A DNA stretch of 63,986 nt, counting the filler, from Phoronis australis (taxonomy: Eukaryota > Animalia > Phoronida): NCBI GenBank assembly GCA_002633005.1. It is 5 parts of 5 records of this genome, joined end to end, with 100 filler letters (N's around TTAATTAATTAA, not from the genome) between each part and the next. Parts side by side here need not be neighbours in the genome. Positions count along the whole stretch, not along the records: positions 55,398 to 61,215 come from NMRA01002266.1; positions 61,316 to 63,986 come from NMRA01000885.1; 3 more parts are not named here. The stretch is one strand, 5' to 3'. Positions within the stretch are counted from its first letter, which is position 1; every line of letters starts with the position of its first letter. The position numbers and the translations under genes are program-made. Below are positions 60,532 through 63,986 of this stretch, in pieces. The notes below the pieces were generated by a model. It saw only the letters and a list, made by a program, of their open reading frames with translations. It did no database searches and was not told the DNA's origin.

Positions 60532-61569
60532 TTGAGAACTAAAGTCATGCGTCTCCAAATCATGTGCCTGCTGTATCTCAGTGTTAGCCATCACCGGAAG
60601 CAGGTGAACGTCTAGAATCGAGGGTGTTTTTAGTGCCAACTGACAAGTCAATTTGCCGTGCCGGCGACGTCCAGTCGGGACGATCTGGGTCGAGGGATCA
60701 TTTGCCGCGCTGACCAAACCGTCCGAAGGCCGCTGATTATACCTCATCATAAATCAAAGAAAATGTTTGTTTTCACTGGCAAAAACAAAAATTTTCCCTG
60801 AGCGGAAGCGGAAACCGTCTCTCGTCCCGACCTCCACCGGTTCGGCGCTAAGCGTCTCTGGTGCGAGACAAAATGCTGCCCTCCCATTCGGCTCGAGGGC
60901 ATCCCGGGCTCTATTCTTGCGGCGGCCGAGTACCCGGCCTCCGAGTCCGTTGGCACCTCTCTGCCAGGCTTCAGTTCAGTAATTTACACCAATTTCGTGA
61001 TATACGTTTTCGACAGATGACACTGTATTCTCCTTTGCATATATTTTTAGACGAGCTATCTTTTGAAAAAAAATGTTCCCTTCCCCGGGCCACGTCACCC
61101 CACAGTCTGAACAATTGTGGCCAGTGGCCAACTCTTTGGCACTAGAAAAGATTCCGATAGTGAACTCTAATACATGTCACTCCCCTGTGTCTTAGTCTTC
61201 TCGACTGCCCCCAGCNNNNNNNNNNNNNNNNNNNNNNNNNNNNNNNNNNNNNNNNNNNNTTAATTAATTAANNNNNNNNNNNNNNNNNNNNNNNNNNNNN
61301 NNNNNNNNNNNNNNNGTTTCTTGCACTGGAAAACTTTTTGCGTTTTACATAGTGAGATTATTCCACTTTCAAAGTTTGTACAGCACGTGTGATCCGATTT
61401 GGCGTGAAACAAAGTATATTAGCAATTATTGTCTCAAGAAAGACGAGTAAGTGGCTCTGTACATGTACATGTATATTAATCAAGTCAACGAGAACTTCAA
61501 CATGCTTCGATGACTCAAACATCGTCACCAGGACAAATAATCAAGGTCATCTACAATCTTGACCTACAA

Positions 61570-61790
61570 GTCGGATCTCAAGATCTCAAAATAAGTCAGG
61601 ATCTTCAGATCCTGGGATAAATAAGTCTGGTTATCCAGATCCTGAGATTCCGAAGTAATTAATCAGAATCTCAAGATACTGCGATAAAATAGGTCAGCAT
61701 CTCCATATCTTGAGATCCTGAGATAATTATGCCGGACTTTCGATATCCTGAGCTAATTTTGTATTGATCTCGAGATCCTGAAATTGTCAA
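61570..61790. repeat. Cluster of degenerate GATCTC/GATCCTGAGAT motifs
   Basis: Repeated TCTCAAGATC, AGATCCTGAGAT and TCGAGATCCTGA words. Confidence 0.45.
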
Positions 61791-63049
61791 AAAATCGCCT
61801 GATGTCATCCTTGGGTCACCGCAACATTACGTCTTGATTTAAACATCTCAATTGAGTTGTGAAAGATTTTGCAGAGGCTACCGCTTTAAAAACTTGATAA
61901 TCACGGTCAAATGTTCACTGGTTGCTTATTTCCCCAAACCTACACCATGACCACCAAGATTTCAAATATTGAGCTTGACCAAACACTACCAAGCGTCTGC
62001 AAAGTAGTTTGGTTGTGTTTGGCAGTTTCAAGACTTAATCAAACTCTAGTTTGCCAGTACCGGCGAAGCTCGAGACGGTGCATAATTTATTGAATGTAAC
62101 GGAATGGTCCATCAGAAGTACGAGGGTCAATGCAAGTTTTGATGATGGTTGGTACGCCTGATTGAAAAGTCAAATTCAGTTCACCTTTCAAGATCATCGC
62201 AGCTTATTTCCAAGACGGGTCTGATATTCATTTACAGGGCATTCAAAAATATCATTAATATTTGTGCGGAGTACGAAAGCGAGGCTAAGCACGGCGACGT
62301 AATAACAGAATTCGACGAGTACTGCTTAAAATCATCCAGGACTTCCAACACATTACCCACAATACTTTCACATGCAAGAAGTGACATGCAACATGTGCAT
62401 TCGCATACTATAAAGAATAAGAGCTATGGTATTTGTGACGTGCAACTTCCTGTTTCGTAAAGTAGTGATATTCGACTGTATGCAATTTTACAAAAATGCC
62501 AAATTATTGATTTTTTTAGGCTGACATTTGGTTAAACGTTGGAAAACCCGGACTTCTTCTTGAATAACTTTGATTCTTTATTTTACATTCTTTTCTTAAC
62601 AGACCCAATACATCGCTGATCTAGACATCTCAATTGCCCAGCGACTTGTTTCGCTAACTTTTTAGCTGAAAACGTGTAACACGTCAGTGCAAGAAACTTT
62701 ATATCAGTGAGTTACAGTCGTGCATTCCTTTAACTGAGAGCACCACATCCACCTGAAACAATCCATTTTAGAATTAGGAACTGTTGAAGTTTGTTCATTT
62801 TAACATTGCAGACGAGCAGCTGCGACACTCATACATGTATTCATTGAACGATATTGTAAGCTAACGCCACCTGTCGTAGGTCTGCTACAATGCGCTTGAT
62901 TCGTATGATCATTTAATTGATGTTGCTTCTTACGCTTGAATTGTTTCTGGCCACATTTCTTGTTTAATTTTTAACTGTTTGTTTATTATTATCCACCAAA
63001 TTCGGCTAGTACCGATCGTCCATCATTCACGTGGCAGGGTATACATGTA

Positions 63050-63145
63050 CAGTATCTCTCCTTGAAGCGACACCATCGTCGAGAATTAGTTTGAGACCAG
63101 CTACCCAAGAGGGATTCGATCTCATGACCCCAGCGGTCACAGAAT
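63050..63145 (-). mobile_element. Degenerate tRNA-SINE fragment
   Basis: Minus strand CCGCTGGGGTCATGAGATCGAATCCC (B-box-like). Confidence 0.35.
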
Positions 63146-63986
63146 AAATAACATTGTAGTGGTACCAACATGTATTAAGCACGCTCTATAGGATATGAAA
63201 ACTGACAAATGCCTCAAGGTCTATTCTTTGTTGCGTCGGAAGCAAATTGACGACACAGTCTTCAATCCAATTTAATGCTACATTGTTTTATAACTCGGTA
63301 TGCTCTTTAGCAATACTGAGGTAGTTTTGAAACTAGTGTGATGTTCATAGTCACAGAGGCAGCTAGGCAGGTCTCAAAATATTGAGAAAAGGAATTCTGC
63401 ACTATCGTGATCGTAGATTCTGATATACATGTATGAGGAACAATGTTTCCGACTGAGGTGAAGCTTCATACATGTATACTATATATTTCTTAGATTTCAT
63501 GACAGATAGCAATAACTAGTATTGATGGCAACCTGTTTGTCAGTTCTTTTTTTACTACCACCACATTTCAAAAAGCATTACAATAACTCGAAACGCAGAT
63601 TCGTATACTTACCAGTTTCTTGGGCTGCAACAACCTGAAGTAAAAATATTTTTCTCTTAAAGTGGCCTTTCGCCCTTTTTAGCAGACTAAAAACAAAATC
63701 GAATTATGCCTTTCACTTAAGTCATATTCTCAAATACTTTATTTAAAGTTTGAGCAATCTCGATGACTCCAGAAACTTTTCTGAATACTCTCATGGCTTT
63801 GATGTTGGTGCCAATAACATAAACAGAATGCCATCACGATGATGGCAAAATCAATTTTCGTGCAAAATACAATTGAACAATTAGGGAATCAAGTCAATTT
63901 TCGATGTTTTAATCTTGTGTTTTTCTATGTCTCCGAAAAATCAAAAATTGATAATTAGAAAATGAGTCAATTATTGACTTTTCGTT

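Overview
Eukaryotic, intron-rich, transposon-dense genomic DNA, most plausibly from a marine invertebrate animal (inference). There is no bacterial content and no CRISPR array. Host genes: (1) an intronless atypical dual-specificity phosphatase (3052-3528, +). (2) A complete 8-exon betaine-homocysteine S-methyltransferase (BHMT)-family gene (11730-21301, +, 371 aa when I splice it by hand), with a TATA/Inr promoter, Phe at the position of human Tyr160 and no C-terminal helix. (3) A multi-exon C-type lectin gene missed by the ORF track (42339-44997, +; QPN/WFD motifs, Asp-rich exon, then a decayed TSP1 exon). (4) An orphan exon at 52241-52393. Mobile DNA: two decayed AcademX-type transposons (XPG-like nuclease plus Cys-rich finger), a Kolobok-like THAP element with TTAA TSD and a partial second copy, a Helentron-type (HINE/DINE-1-like) element nested in a MITE, many MITEs and tRNA-derived SINE heads. 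There are also several minisatellites and a ~140/280-bp higher-order repeat. The most unusual signal is a strong excess of TA-NNNN-TA palindromes (TACATGTA about 20 times, TAGGCCTA 7 times). In one minisatellite unit, TA has become TAGGCCTA, which looks like a transposon excision footprint. The TTAATTAATTAA words inside N-gaps are assembly spacers. All family assignments come from motif recognition by eye, not database searches.
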